Assembly: GCA_040954595.2 (NCBI GenBank)
Contig: CM082582.2
Location: 4,448,303-4,512,302, forward strand
Direction of reading: 5' to 3'
DNA: 64,000 bases
Source of the DNA: Balanoglossus misakiensis
Lineage: Eukaryota; Animalia; Hemichordata
In this document: in pieces, positions 52,501-64,000 of the stretch
Layout of the letters: each line of letters opens with the position of its first letter
How positions within the stretch are numbered: position 1 is the stretch's first letter
Position numbers and translations under genes: made by a program
The notes under the pieces: model-generated
Told to the model about the DNA's origin: nothing
What the model saw: the letters and a program-made list of their open reading frames with translations, nothing else
Databases searched by the model: none

Positions 52501-54754
52501 TGCTAAAAAATACACGATTTTAAGTTTTTTTACTCAAAGGCGTGGCAATAAAAAAAGACAATGCCTCCAGGTGATCTGTTACCGGCAATCGACAGCTGGG
52601 TATAGTGGTAAAAATACCGGGTCATGGAATTTTGATATTCACTTTTGTTTTCGAACAATGAGCCTTTAAAGTGTCAACTGTCGATTTTTGCATAAATTAT
52701 CGACTTTTGTTCACTTGTGTGGTGATTTCTTTTGTTCTATCAACTTTATTGGAAATCCGCTGGTGGGGTTTGGAGACAGGTATTGTTTCCTTCCTCAGGC
52801 CAAAAATGTTAGAAAATTCGAACCAGGGAGGTATACAACTGACACAAGATTTGTACGATTTTGAAATTTAACATCAAACATGTTCTTCAGGTTCAAGAGA
52901 GCCCTTGCCTGTCTCAGAAGCTCTGGGCTAGATTTAGAAATTGAAAAAGGTAGAGCCGAGGGTGTTGCTCTCGAAGATAGAATATGTCAAATTTGTGACT
53001 TACAGGAAATAGAGAATGAATTTCATTTCATTTGTATTTGCCCTTTATATCAAAATTTAAGACTCCAACTTCTACCACAGTGGTCTTATTCAGAGCCAAC
53101 AATTGATAAGTTTTATTCACTAATGTCTTCCTCCAATAGCACAGTTATTTTCAAGCTGGCACTATTTGTACATAAGGCGTATAAACTGAGAGAAGATTTT
53201 TTTATAACCATGTAAAGTACTCACTCTCATGATGTATATATATATTTTTTGTATTAAAATTTTGTAATTTGAAGTTGCAATATGGGCCGGAGGCCTAAGA
53301 GCAATAAACATATATATTATACATACATACATACATACATACATACATACATACATACATACATACATACATACATACATACATACATACATACATACAT
53401 ACATACATACATACATACATACATACATACATACATACATACATACATACATACATACAGACAGACATACATACATACATACATACATACATACATACAT
53501 ACATACATACATACATACATACATACATACATACATACATACATACATACATACATACATACATACATACCAATCTGATTAAAATCAGATGTAGGGAACG
53601 GCGACGTGTTTTTTTTATGCTGTCGCCTCACACTAGGCGGCAGCATAATAAAACCACGTCGCCGCGTATGCCACCCACTGAAAATCTGTGATTGGCTAGA
53701 TATCAATTTGCCATGGTATAAACTATAGCTCATTTTCCATAGGTGACCGTATACCTTTAAATGTTCAGTGAAATGTTACAAAAAATGTACTGCATGTGAA
53801 ACTTTTGAATTAGACCCTGATTTATGTGAATTGGTAGCTGTCATGACAGTTTGTTTATTCAATGCAATTTATGTTCTTACTCCAAACATCACCTGAATTG
53901 CACTGCACTGACTGGGTAACTCAATCATAGCTTGTCCATTGTTTAATACATACATTGGTTAAAGTTTAACAATGAAAGAATGGCTTATAGTGCAGGTATT
54001 GTCAGAGAAGGAACTGATGAAAAAATTTTGCATGATATTTTAGTTTTAGGAATGTTGCTTTTTTGAAAAACAGAACATCCACTCATTTATTTGGGGTTTT
54101 GATCATAAGTTGCTTAGTCATCCATGGTAAAAAAAAATATTCTTTTCCATGAATGCTCTCAGTAAGCAATTTGCTACCAAAATGAAAGTTTTGTAACCAG
54201 TAACTAAAAAAAAGTGCACTACAATTTCCCCAAACGCAGGGCAAACCAATCCACGGTATTGGTTTTGTATTTACACTCTCCACAATTATGTAGTGAAGAC
54301 AATTTGACTGATTTCATTCCTACCCATGGTTCCACATAATTGTATATTTCAATTGTTAAAATGTTCAAATACATTTTTAGGATTGTCATGTTCATTTTCA
54401 AATAGACATGTAGAAAAATCACCTACCTGAACACTCTTCAACATGCTGGGGACGGAAACCTTGTGCAGGTTGCACATTTCCTTTCAGCTTTGCCTCAAGA
54501 TCTTCAACTTCCTTGACCAGGGGTCCTCGTGCAATATTTTTCAGAAGCTTTTTAAGAAATCCCAGATCGTCCTTCGATATAAAATCTCTCTCCTCTAACT
54601 CCACGAAAATGCCAGCCGGGTCTTTTGCTTTCTCAAGTTCTCGGGCTTGAAGCTGATTGCCACGCAATAAGATTCTCAAATTATTCTCATCATCGTTTGA
54701 TAGTTTTGAATTCAGTCTTATGTAAAGAGCTCGTAGTTGATCAACTGTTCCCAT
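43593..54754 (-). CDS. NLR-like receptor: DED - NACHT - tandem ~152-aa repeats (~2024 aa, 2 coding exons)
   Basis: Exon 54754-54427 (DED) joins in phase 1 to exon 49339-43593, total 6075 nt. Walker A GDPGYGKS, Walker B FVFDGLDE, sensor-1 IVTSR, winged-helix FYHLTFQGYFA. Confidence 0.85.
44530..46120 (-). repeat. Coding tandem repeat of 453-462 bp, ~3.5 units
   Basis: The anchor GTAAACCGTCCAAAT occurs at 44731, 45193, 45646 and 46102. Confidence 0.95.
49539..49894. repeat. (CA)n(CATA)n(CATT)n microsatellite
   Basis: Directly visible. Confidence 0.97.
49895..53319 (+). mobile_element. Degraded LINE (RTE-X-like) in the NLR intron
   Basis: ORF1 remnant RPIV..FKDKEKIL, APE (SWNVQG, MGDFNAR, SDHFP), RT fragments (PGPDG, FIDFSKAFD, GVRQG) and a C-terminal zinc knuckle CQIC..ENEFHF..CPLY. 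Many frameshifts. About 52340-52875 is unrelated sequence. Ends AATAAA plus (CATA)n. Clade assignment is tentative. Confidence 0.85.
53320..53570. repeat. (CATA)n microsatellite, probably the LINE tail
   Basis: Directly visible. Confidence 0.95.
53571..53665. mobile_element. Partial copy of the 37634-37735 MITE
   Basis: Identical left TIR CAATCTGATTAAAATCAGATGTAGGGAACGGCGACG. Confidence 0.75.
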
Positions 54755-54795
54755 AATGGATGTGATTCGCGTGGAACTTTCTGTCTAGTGTCACC

Positions 54796-55084
54796 TCAAA
54801 CCATCAGGACTTCTTCAACTTCCTTGACCAAGGGTTCTCGTCCAATTTCTCTCAGGAGATCTTTAAGAAACCACAGATTGTCTTTCGATATAAAACCCTT
54901 CTCCCCTAATTTGATGAAAATGGCAGTAGCATTCTTTGCTTCCTGAAGTTCTCGGATTGTAAGTTGATCACCATGCAACACGTCTCTCAATGTGATCTCT
55001 TCAGCATCTGATAGTTCTGAATGCAGTTTGTAGTAAACACGTCGTAGAGGATTAATTCCTGTCGTAGATAGACATGATCCACCC
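54796..55084 (-). CDS. Stand-alone or detached death effector domain upstream of the NLR
   Basis: LRRVYYKLHSELS...IFIKLGEKGFISKDNLWFLKDLLREIGREPLVKEV is paralogous to the adjacent DED. It ends in TGA, out of frame with DED2. Confidence 0.65.
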
Positions 55085-55933
55085 AGTTTTTCTACTTTGT
55101 TCATGTCATTTCAAACTACCAGGACAAGAAGAGAAGCTGTACTCGATCCACACTGCAAACCTACGGTAAAATAAACTGCGTCACACGAATGACCACCCCT
55201 GGATATGGTGTGAGGTACTTATAGTGACACTACTTGAACTTTGGACGAAATTGTCTGCGTAGATATTTTTTAAATGGTTTTTGAATGCGCAGAAAATTGT
55301 TCAAACTAAGGTGGTGCCAAAACCACCACATTCCCTTGATCATACCAAAATGCATCTGGTGTTGTTTACTTCTTTTAAACTTTGTTGAACTTGGAAATGC
55401 ATGGTCCCATTGTTACAATCTAGGATATTTTGTGCGTCTATTTTGGACCAAACATATGCAAATTGTACAAGCTTTTGTACCAACAAGAATGCTTTGATCT
55501 TTTAACAGACTAGAGTACAAAACAAAGTGAAATCTACAGTTTCGGTATGTGGTAGAAATAACAGACTAATCACATTTTCGTATTGAACATAAGGTTATGA
55601 TGGGGGACACATGTATAGACTACCCCCCCACCCCCTTCCCCCCAACAAATAGCTGTGTTTCCATAGCTACCTATGGCTACATATCTGTTGTCAGTAACCT
55701 ACATTCCATTAGAAGTATGATGTAGACCTGTATAGAAACATTTAATTTGAATTGGGTCAACACACCTCTGCTTTATGTATAGATACATATTGTTAACAGC
55801 TAGGTCATGTCTCAGTCTTAAACTCTTTTTGAACTCTTTGAAATAATGTTGAATGTAATTTGTTGTAAAGACTTCGTAGTGGATTAATTTTAGCCATAAT
55901 AGATGTGATACCCGGATATTTTCCTGTGTTAAT

Positions 55934-56152
55934 ATTTCAAACTACCGGTATCTGGACAATTAGAGAGATGTTTGGTCCTGTGTGCTCAATCCACACTGCA
56001 GTCTCTGAATAAACTGCGTCACACACAACCACCACCTTTAAAGGCTGTGAGGTACCTGGATTGGTGACATCATTGTACCATATACCGGAACTTTCGGCAG
56101 AGTGGCCTGCCGAGATTTCGTTAAAAATGTTAATGCACAGAAAATTGTTCAA
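55934..56152. repeat. Diverged duplicate of the NLR 5' leader (55108-55305)
   Basis: Shared ATTTCAAACTACC, ATCCACACTGCA, AATAAACTGCGTCACAC and CAGAAAATTGTTCAA. Confidence 0.65.
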
Positions 56153-56447
56153 CTTTCATGTATTAAAATAGTTCTATACATCATTCTACTGGTACTTCCC
56201 AAATTGGAAGGGCAAAATATCTCTAAAGTTAAGAAAAACAAGACCATAAATTTTCTCTACTAAGTGTTGAAAAAACAAGATCATAAAAATTCTTGCTTTA
56301 GCTACCTGTCATAAAAACCAATCCCTGGCAGTCACCTGTGGAACGCATTTTTGTGTTGCCCCTATTTGAGAACTATAAAGACTTTGGGAACCGAACAAAT
56401 CATCTCTGAACACATTTCCCCCTCATTTTTATGATCTTGTGAAACTA

Positions 56448-57397
56448 CTGTAAAACAGGAAATTTTCATGACAGGAAAATTGCGCGAAGAGGCAACTGTT
56501 AGTGATGATTAATTTATCCGTTTTTGTATTTCATTACATTATCTCCGCAAAACATTTTTATGCGACTTTTTATTTTTGCATGTTTTAGAAATAGAACACA
56601 TACAAGAGAACATGCCTGAATAGAACACACTTTATGAATTCTACTGAGTACTGGCGGAGGCATGCAATCGCACAGCTTTAGAAATGTTCTTGAACAGTGA
56701 GCAATTAAGGCCCTTGAACTGACAACGGATTTGAAATAACAAGATTGTTTATCTTTATATAGCTAAAACATATTATAATGACCACCCCGGAATATGGTGT
56801 GAGGTCCTTAGTTGGGTCACCACCACACCTCTTCTATATATATATGCAGATAAATATTGTTAACTGGTCATGTCTCAGTTTTAAACTATTTTTGTCACTA
56901 TTTGCTGGTGTTCATTTTCTGTCATGGCCAACCAAGTGAAAGTCTGTTGTTAGCAAAGATCGTTCCATTCCATGACTGGATATATTTAATGAATAAGACC
57001 TGAGACACTACAATCTTCACATACAATTTTATTGCAAAACCAGCCTTAATAGTGGTGAATGCGATACTTTTTCGAGGACCTCAAAACAAGTCGTGATTTA
57101 CGCATGGGCAATCTGGATTCCTTGAAATAATGGCATTCACATGACATTTGCTAATTATCGTCACTCCTACTACATGTGGCAAACTTGCAAATGAAATGCA
57201 AATTTAGCAAATAAAAGTGCAGTAGTTTGTTACATTTAATATTATTTTTATCGCGACGGAAAAAAATTCACTATTTCCATTTAATCAATTCATGTGTTTA
57301 TGAAGATATCCAGCATGCGACTTTTTATTTTCACGCTATTTTGGCTCTCGCGTATTTCACGAAAATTTATTGCTCGCGAAAATAAACTGTTTTACAG
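56448..57397. mobile_element. TA-flanked TIR element
   Basis: TA|CTGTAAAACAG...CTGTTTTACAG|TA. Confidence 0.6.
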
Positions 57398-57829
57398 TAG
57401 CTCATAAGTTTAACTACCCCTGTTTGGTAGAAAAAGCTTAACCTTTACCATCTTGTTTGTTTACACTGTGTCCGGACTTCTTGCTAACTGGTCTAGGGAC
57501 CCAACCATAAAAGGAAATGAGAAATTTCAAGTAGTTGTTTTTTCCAAATAGAAAGAAGTCTGTGACTTTGGCATTCAATACAATTTACTACATTTGTAGA
57601 GTTTTATCTTAGTCAGAGAACATCCATTTATCTTGTTAATATGTAAATGTTAATTAAAGCATATTTAATGCTTCAGTTGAATGTGTCGGTCATGTTTGGT
57701 CTGTAAAATGAAGAAAATACGTACATCATCTTTTCTGTTGTAGTGTTTTAGGTTTTTATCTCAGATATATCAGTAAATGAACTTTGAATCACTCTCCAAC
57801 TTAGATTTAACTATTTTCTGACTTTTCAG

Positions 57830-58542
57830 CTCATGGTGGCCAAAAAGAAAGGTACCATACGGTTTTATGACCTGACCACACAACAGCCAATCATGTCGCT
57901 GGATACAGGTCACGTGACGTTGATGTCGGCTGATATCTGTTACCTAGATCCAGTGCGTGTTGGAGGCATTGCCAACGGCAACTGGATGACGTGGGATTCT
58001 ACAAGGTCAAGGTGAGAAGTGACTAGTTTTTGAAGCAAAGTGGACAACACATGTCTAGGTGCTAGACTTGGAGCAATAGAAGTCTCACAAACTTTATGTA
58101 CCACCACCACCACCACCATTATCACACATACCATTCTCTTTACAATTTTTCAGCATTCCACAAGAAAGCGGACAAGCTCACAATTAAGGCGGCAAACATT
58201 TTCGATGGTCACGTGTCAGCGAGAACGTAATAAAGAGAAAAAACATTCACTTTCAATCATCATGTAGATTTTATTTATTAACCCAATGATGAAAATCTTA
58301 TCAATGTGTCAAATTCAAAATATCTGCCAAAAATAAACTCTGCATAATTAGCTCATTACATTTATGTGTATTTCTGGAAATGTATTTACTGGATACCAGA
58401 AATTCACTGACACATCTCATTTCAGGTGCCAGTGTCCAGTTTACTGCCAGTCACTGCAGGGGGTCTTAGCTGGCATGCGTCGTTACCCGTGTGTGCTGTT
58501 GGTGGAGATCGGAAAGTCCATATATGGTGGACAGAAATGTGA
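57830..58542 (+). pseudogene. NUP37: Last three exons of NUP37 (copy 2, disabled)
   Basis: 57830-58011 encodes LMVAKKKGTIRFYDL...MSAD. The exon from 58154 has a GAA>TAA stop and a deletion that removes its donor. The last exon is 58426-58542. Confidence 0.8.
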
Positions 58543-60086
58543 GAGTAGCTATGAACAGTGGCAATGATAGTGAGTGTTACGGACATTCTGGGGAACATTT
58601 GGAGGGCTGTTCTTTTGCAGATTTTCTAACTCTGTGTGGAGAACATTTGTACAATATACACACACTGTAATTGACACAGTAACTAGGAAAAGAATATTAC
58701 AGCTTTGAAATCAATATGTCAACATGTTTTTTTATCAGGAGAGGGTTTTTACACCCCTTGGTAATCATTCAAAGTTTGTCAACGTTGCATGTGGCTATTT
58801 GGTCCTGGTACAACATGCAACTTTAGTGCCGGTCTTTGCTGAAGTCCAGCCGGAAAAAATGGTCAATCATGTTTACTTCTAATGCGAAAAGTTATTCTGT
58901 AATTCCTTCTATTCACGTTAACATGTTGTAGCAATTACAGAGAATGACATTAAAAGTGTAAATACTGACGGAATTTCTTCTGAGTCCTACTTTTTTTGAA
59001 AGGATATTTATATCCTTTTCTGTGTGTGTGGTAGCCCCACTGACAGTATGATGGGCCCTCATGTATTAAGATTAACCCTTTCACCCCCAGTTCCGTCTTT
59101 GAGGTCAAACCTTACCACAGAAAATAATAGGTTTGGACTGAACCATGGTGGGGAAAGGGTTAATAGAAATAAATCAATAAAAGTTATTAAATAATTCGGA
59201 ATATACTGACAATTTAAAATCCTATAGAACACAATTATAGTGTTAACCTTAGATTCTCTAAACATGATCCCAGGGTATGGTAGTTTTATCTGAAAGCAGT
59301 TCATAAATTGTAGAACGTATCACTGAATGTACTCATAAAATTTTATACATGACATAAAAATCTGTGAAAGTAAAAGTCAGGAAATATAAAATGCGTTATA
59401 TACATTTATATACAGTTTACAAAAACGTTCAAAAACGACTCAAATAAATGAAAATAGGTAAAGTTCACTCAAGAAAAATACTTTACATTATTGTACAGTT
59501 ATATACACGGTATGAAAGTGTTCAAAAACGACTAACCAAAAAATAAATGAAAAATAAAAGCAAAGGTAATGATAATGAAGACTTATTCATTATCATATAC
59601 AACCCTGTTTGTTTTCTAAATATCAAATGGTCCAGGTTTTTTGTTCTGTGTGTTAACTGCGGTTTCTTGTTTGACTCTGGGAAGCCTGATATGAAATGCC
59701 CAGTATTTAGCATATCAAACAAGCCTATGTAAAATCAACATTGTTTATATTGTTGAATGAAGAATTGAAGTTGTAACTGAATGCTGCTGGGATACATATG
59801 CAGGCTATGTATTTGCCTTGGTCTCCATACCCGCTGTGTTTTAGATAGACTCACACACAGTGTGTTTTATCTAAAACACACTGGGTATATAGAGACCAGG
59901 CTAGCTATGTTTAAGCACATTAGCATTGTCTGGGAAGTAGAAGAAATTGCAGTTAGCACATACAACAAAATTAAAGTAAAACAGCTAAGGTTACTGCCAA
60001 TGTACCGACCGGTACTTGTAAATAACAACACTATAGCTTCTTCTCTGTTTTGGCATTGTCTTCTGTTTGAGGTCAGAGTTCTGAAG

Positions 60087-63068
60087 TCAAGTTGCGTCAT
60101 CACAAGAGATGAAATGAATTGTGATGTTGTTGCCTTTCAAACACAGACTAGGTCTATCATTTATGCAGCAACTCTCATCAATCTCAAAACCAGCTTCTAT
60201 CAGTGCACTTTTCATTTCATTTATATTTTCAGGTTTCAGTGTATTTCTGTGTTCTATCTTAAGGGGACCTGCACGACATTTATCTGCTTGCGTTATACCG
60301 GCAATCATGGAAGGAACACTGTTCTGCAGATCACAATCTTTGAACTCAACTGTTTGTACCAACTCAAAGGTGAATAACTCTGCCCACTTGTCTGCAGAAG
60401 AATCATGTGACGCTGTTTTTCCGCCAACAATGATGACTTTGTTCAGACTTGTCAGACTAGCAACACACTTGCATACGTTCTCTATGGTAAACACCCGTGT
60501 CTGGCGTTCACGCATTCTTTGTAATTCAATACCAGGATATTTCATTCTAAGTGACTTCAGATCGCTGATGTTTGACATAGCATGGCACACTTCAGTGTAT
60601 AATCTAGTCAGAGCATCGTTTTCTTCTCTTAGGTCAGACTCCAACTCATCATCATCATACGTAAACTCAACGTTTGATGTATAATAATTAATCCAGACGA
60701 AATTTGAGTTTGAAGATTTTGAGGAGTTGGCGTACTTTCCCTTTACAATTACTTCTCTGTGTTCAAACACCAATTCATGAATGCCCATACCATCTGTGAC
60801 AAATTGCTCAATTCTCTTTGACACACTATCAGTGTTAAATTTCTGCTCAAATGACATGACAACCGTTTCAGCATGTTGATATCCTCGTAATTTATCAATA
60901 ATTGATTTTGCCTCTTCATGGCCAAAGGGTTCTGCTGATTCACACACATGATATTCAACTTTCCTCACATTTACTGCTGTTATTTCTTGTAAAAATTCTT
61001 CAGTATGATACCTTCCCATATCATGACATGTGATGTGGTCGAATTCTAGTACATTGAATCTAACCGATGTGGCTGTTAGCAGAAAGGCCTGTATAGAAGA
61101 CACAGTATCCTTCTCTCTGAAATCACACTTGATTACCATGTTTAGTATAATACTCCCATTATCATCTGATGCGCAGTCAGAAAGCACCTGATACAGACTT
61201 GGCAAGTCTAAATCCATGAAGGTATTTGTCTGATACTCGAATGTAAACCGTCCAAATATTGCCTCGATAAACAATTGACCAGCTATTTCGAATGGTGGCA
61301 AACCATCACCACAAAATAAAGCAACAACTGATCCAAGAGACTTACTCTGACACAACTGTGGGTGTACAGCTTTCATGAAATCCGTACTATCTATAGGTAA
61401 TCCCCCCCCCCAAAAAAAAGCTTCTTGGTCGTAATCTGTGACAAAACTTTCAGAAGACAAATCACACCACTGGTTTCCAAGTCAACAAAACCAGAGAATA
61501 TCAATCGTAGTTCATTGAAGCTAACCAATGTGGCTCTTAGCAGTATGGCCTGTATAAAAGACACAGTATCATTCTCTCTGAAATCACACTTGATTTCCAT
61601 GTTTAGTGCAAGGCTGTCATTACCAACTGATGCGCAGTCAGAAAGCACCTGATACAGACTTGGCAAATCTAAATCCATGAAGGTATTTGTCTGATACCAG
61701 AATGTAAACCGTCCAAATATGGCCTCGATAAACAATTGACCAGCTGATTCCAGTGGTGGCAAACCATCACCACAAAATGTAGCCTCAACTGATCCAAGAG
61801 TCTTACTCTGACATAGCTGTGAGTGTACAGGTTTTATGATTTCCATACTATCTATAGGTATTCCCCTCAAGACAAGGTTTTTAGCCGTAATCTGTGACAA
61901 AAGTTTCAGAAGACCAATCACACCACTGGTTTCCAAGTCAACACAACCAGAGAATATCAATTGCAGTTCATTAAAGCTAACCGATGTGGCTGTTAGCAGA
62001 AAGGCCTGTAAAGAAGACACAGTATCCTTCTCTCTGAAATCACAAATGATTTCCATGTCTAGTGTAAGGCTGTCATTATTAACTGATGCACACTCTGAAA
62101 ACAATTGATAAAGACTTGTCAAATCTAAATCCATGAAGGTATTTGGCTGCAGATACTCGAAATATGTAAACCGTCCAAATGTTGCTTTGATAATGATCAG
62201 ACTATCACTACAAAATGCAGCAGTAAATTGTTCAACAGACAATCTCTCAGGCAACTGTGATAATATATCATCTGTGGCTTTCATACCACCGTCAGCAGAC
62301 AACCTTTCAAATAACTCCACTAACTTTAAGTGGTCGTCTTCGGACAATAAACTGTTCCATTTGAGAATATTCCCGTCGTTAAATCAGCTCGCAATATTGG
62401 TGTAATATTAGACAATACGCACATGTATAAAGATCACATCAAGAAAACTTGCCAATCAATATATTACCACTTTCGCCGTGTCGGACAAATCAGGAAATTT
62501 CTTAACAAAGCAACATGTCAAACAGTGATTCATGCTATTTTGGCAGCGAAACTCGACTATGGTAATGCGTTACTGTATGGTCTACCAGAAAGCAGTCTGA
62601 ACCTTCTACAACGCACACAAAATACAGCTGCAAGAATCATAACTCGGTCCAGGAAGTCTGCCCATATAACGCCAGTTCTTCAACTTCTTCATTGGTTACC
62701 AGTTCGCCACAGGATAGAGTATAAAATTAATCTGCTCACATACAAAGCCTTAAATAATCTCGCTCCGAACTATATCCGCGATCTCATTCGGACATATTCT
62801 CCTGGTCGCAGGCTTCGTTCAGCAAATAAGAGCCTTTTATGCACTACAATGTACAAACGTTCTTCATACGGTGGCCGAGCATTCTCACATGCTGCACCGA
62901 AACTGTGGAACTCTCTGCCACAAGACATTCGTCAAGCTCCAAGTTTGAGTATCTTTAAGAAAAGACTGAAGACGCATTATTTCGCAAGAGCATATGGTGT
63001 GGGCCAATGAGCACAAGCGCCTTTGAGTATGACACTTGTTATAGATACTGGCGCTATACAAATTTCTC

Positions 63069-63100
<32 letters not shown>

Positions 63101-64000
63101 AATACTCTCCCAGTCAATGTGAATAAATGAAGAAGATGGAAACTGGTTGACATCCATCGATACGGTTTCTCCTATCACAGACATTACAGAAAACAACATT
63201 TTTTCCAAGTTCAAATCATCACTCTTGCTTCCAATGTCTTGAAAATTCATGATCAATCTCAACAGTGAAAGCAATTGATCCACATCACGGGTTAGCATAT
63301 TTATATCTATGATGGGATTTGTTTTACATATGGTTGTAAACTGTCTACTAGTAAATAGTTCTTTGGCAAACGATTCCAGACCATCACCACAAAATGTAGC
63401 CTCAACTGATCCAAGAGACTTACTCTGACATAACTGTGAGTGAACAGCTTCCATGAATTCCATACTATCTATAGGTAATCGCTCCAAGACAAGCTTTTTG
63501 GCCTTAATTTGAACCAACTTTTACACTTTACCAATAACACAAGGCTGAACAGTCACAAAGTCTGCATTTGTTGTATGTCCAGAGAAACGTAATGTTACTT
63601 TATCAACATCCGTAATCTTAGTTAGTAGAGCCTGTATGTTAGCTGATTCTGCATTCATTTCTTGAAAATTATAGGTGATATCAATATTCAGGTTAACTTT
63701 CTCCCCCGAAGCCAGCTCTGAGAGCAAACAATGGTGTCTCAGGAAATCAAAATTAAAATCAATCATGGGATAGAGGACTGAAATGTGTCTCCGTTCTGCG
63801 GCGATTATCAATTTATCACTTTTCCCTGATGTTAGACCATCCTCATAAAGTTCAATATTCAGTGACTGTAATGACTTACTGTTTACAAGGTGACTACGTA
63901 CAGCTGTAACAAAGTCTAAGTTGTCACGAAAAGGTGTTAAAATGGTAAGATATTCAGCAAAATTTTTTGACAAACTTTCCATGATTTGGCCAATCCGATG
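60087..64000 (-). pseudogene. Second NLR paralogue (3' part), disabled
   Basis: Colinear with 43593-47210. CAA>TAA at 63521-63523, a LINE insertion at 62370-63100, a frameshift at the homopolymers ~61402-61419, and one fewer repeat unit. Continues beyond the window. Confidence 0.88.
62370..63100 (+). mobile_element. 5'-truncated L2-like LINE inserted antisense in NLR copy 2
   Basis: ORF2 C-terminus LDYGNALLYGLP...LHWLPV..RIEYK...LWNSLP, a (GATT)n tail, and a possible AATA TSD. The empty site is visible in copy 1 (~46340). Confidence 0.9.

Overview
Intron-rich, AT-rich animal genomic DNA, probably a marine invertebrate (lineage inferred from gene content only). No prokaryotic features, rRNA, tRNA or CRISPR were seen. 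From left to right: (1) a GIMAP/AIG1 GTPase with a broken upstream GIMAP domain; (2) a 7-exon CILP-like gene with an N-terminal membrane anchor; (3) a ~1.3-kb tandem duplication whose second copy holds an intact full-length CR1-type LINE; (4) two head-to-head FOXRED2-like flavoenzyme paralogues without signal peptides; (5) a disrupted chimeric gene, subtilisin S8-Link-Link-Cys-rich module; (6) a tandem segmental duplication in which each unit is the NUP37 3' exons tail-to-tail with a NACHT (NLR-like) gene. The NLR C-terminus is made of ~152-aa repeats that are nearly identical in DNA except at a few strongly variable codons, and repeat blocks are shuffled between the two paralogues. This is the most interesting system in the window. 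MITEs, two degraded LINEs and microsatellites are scattered throughout. Exon coordinates were read by hand from GT-AG sites and checked for frame.
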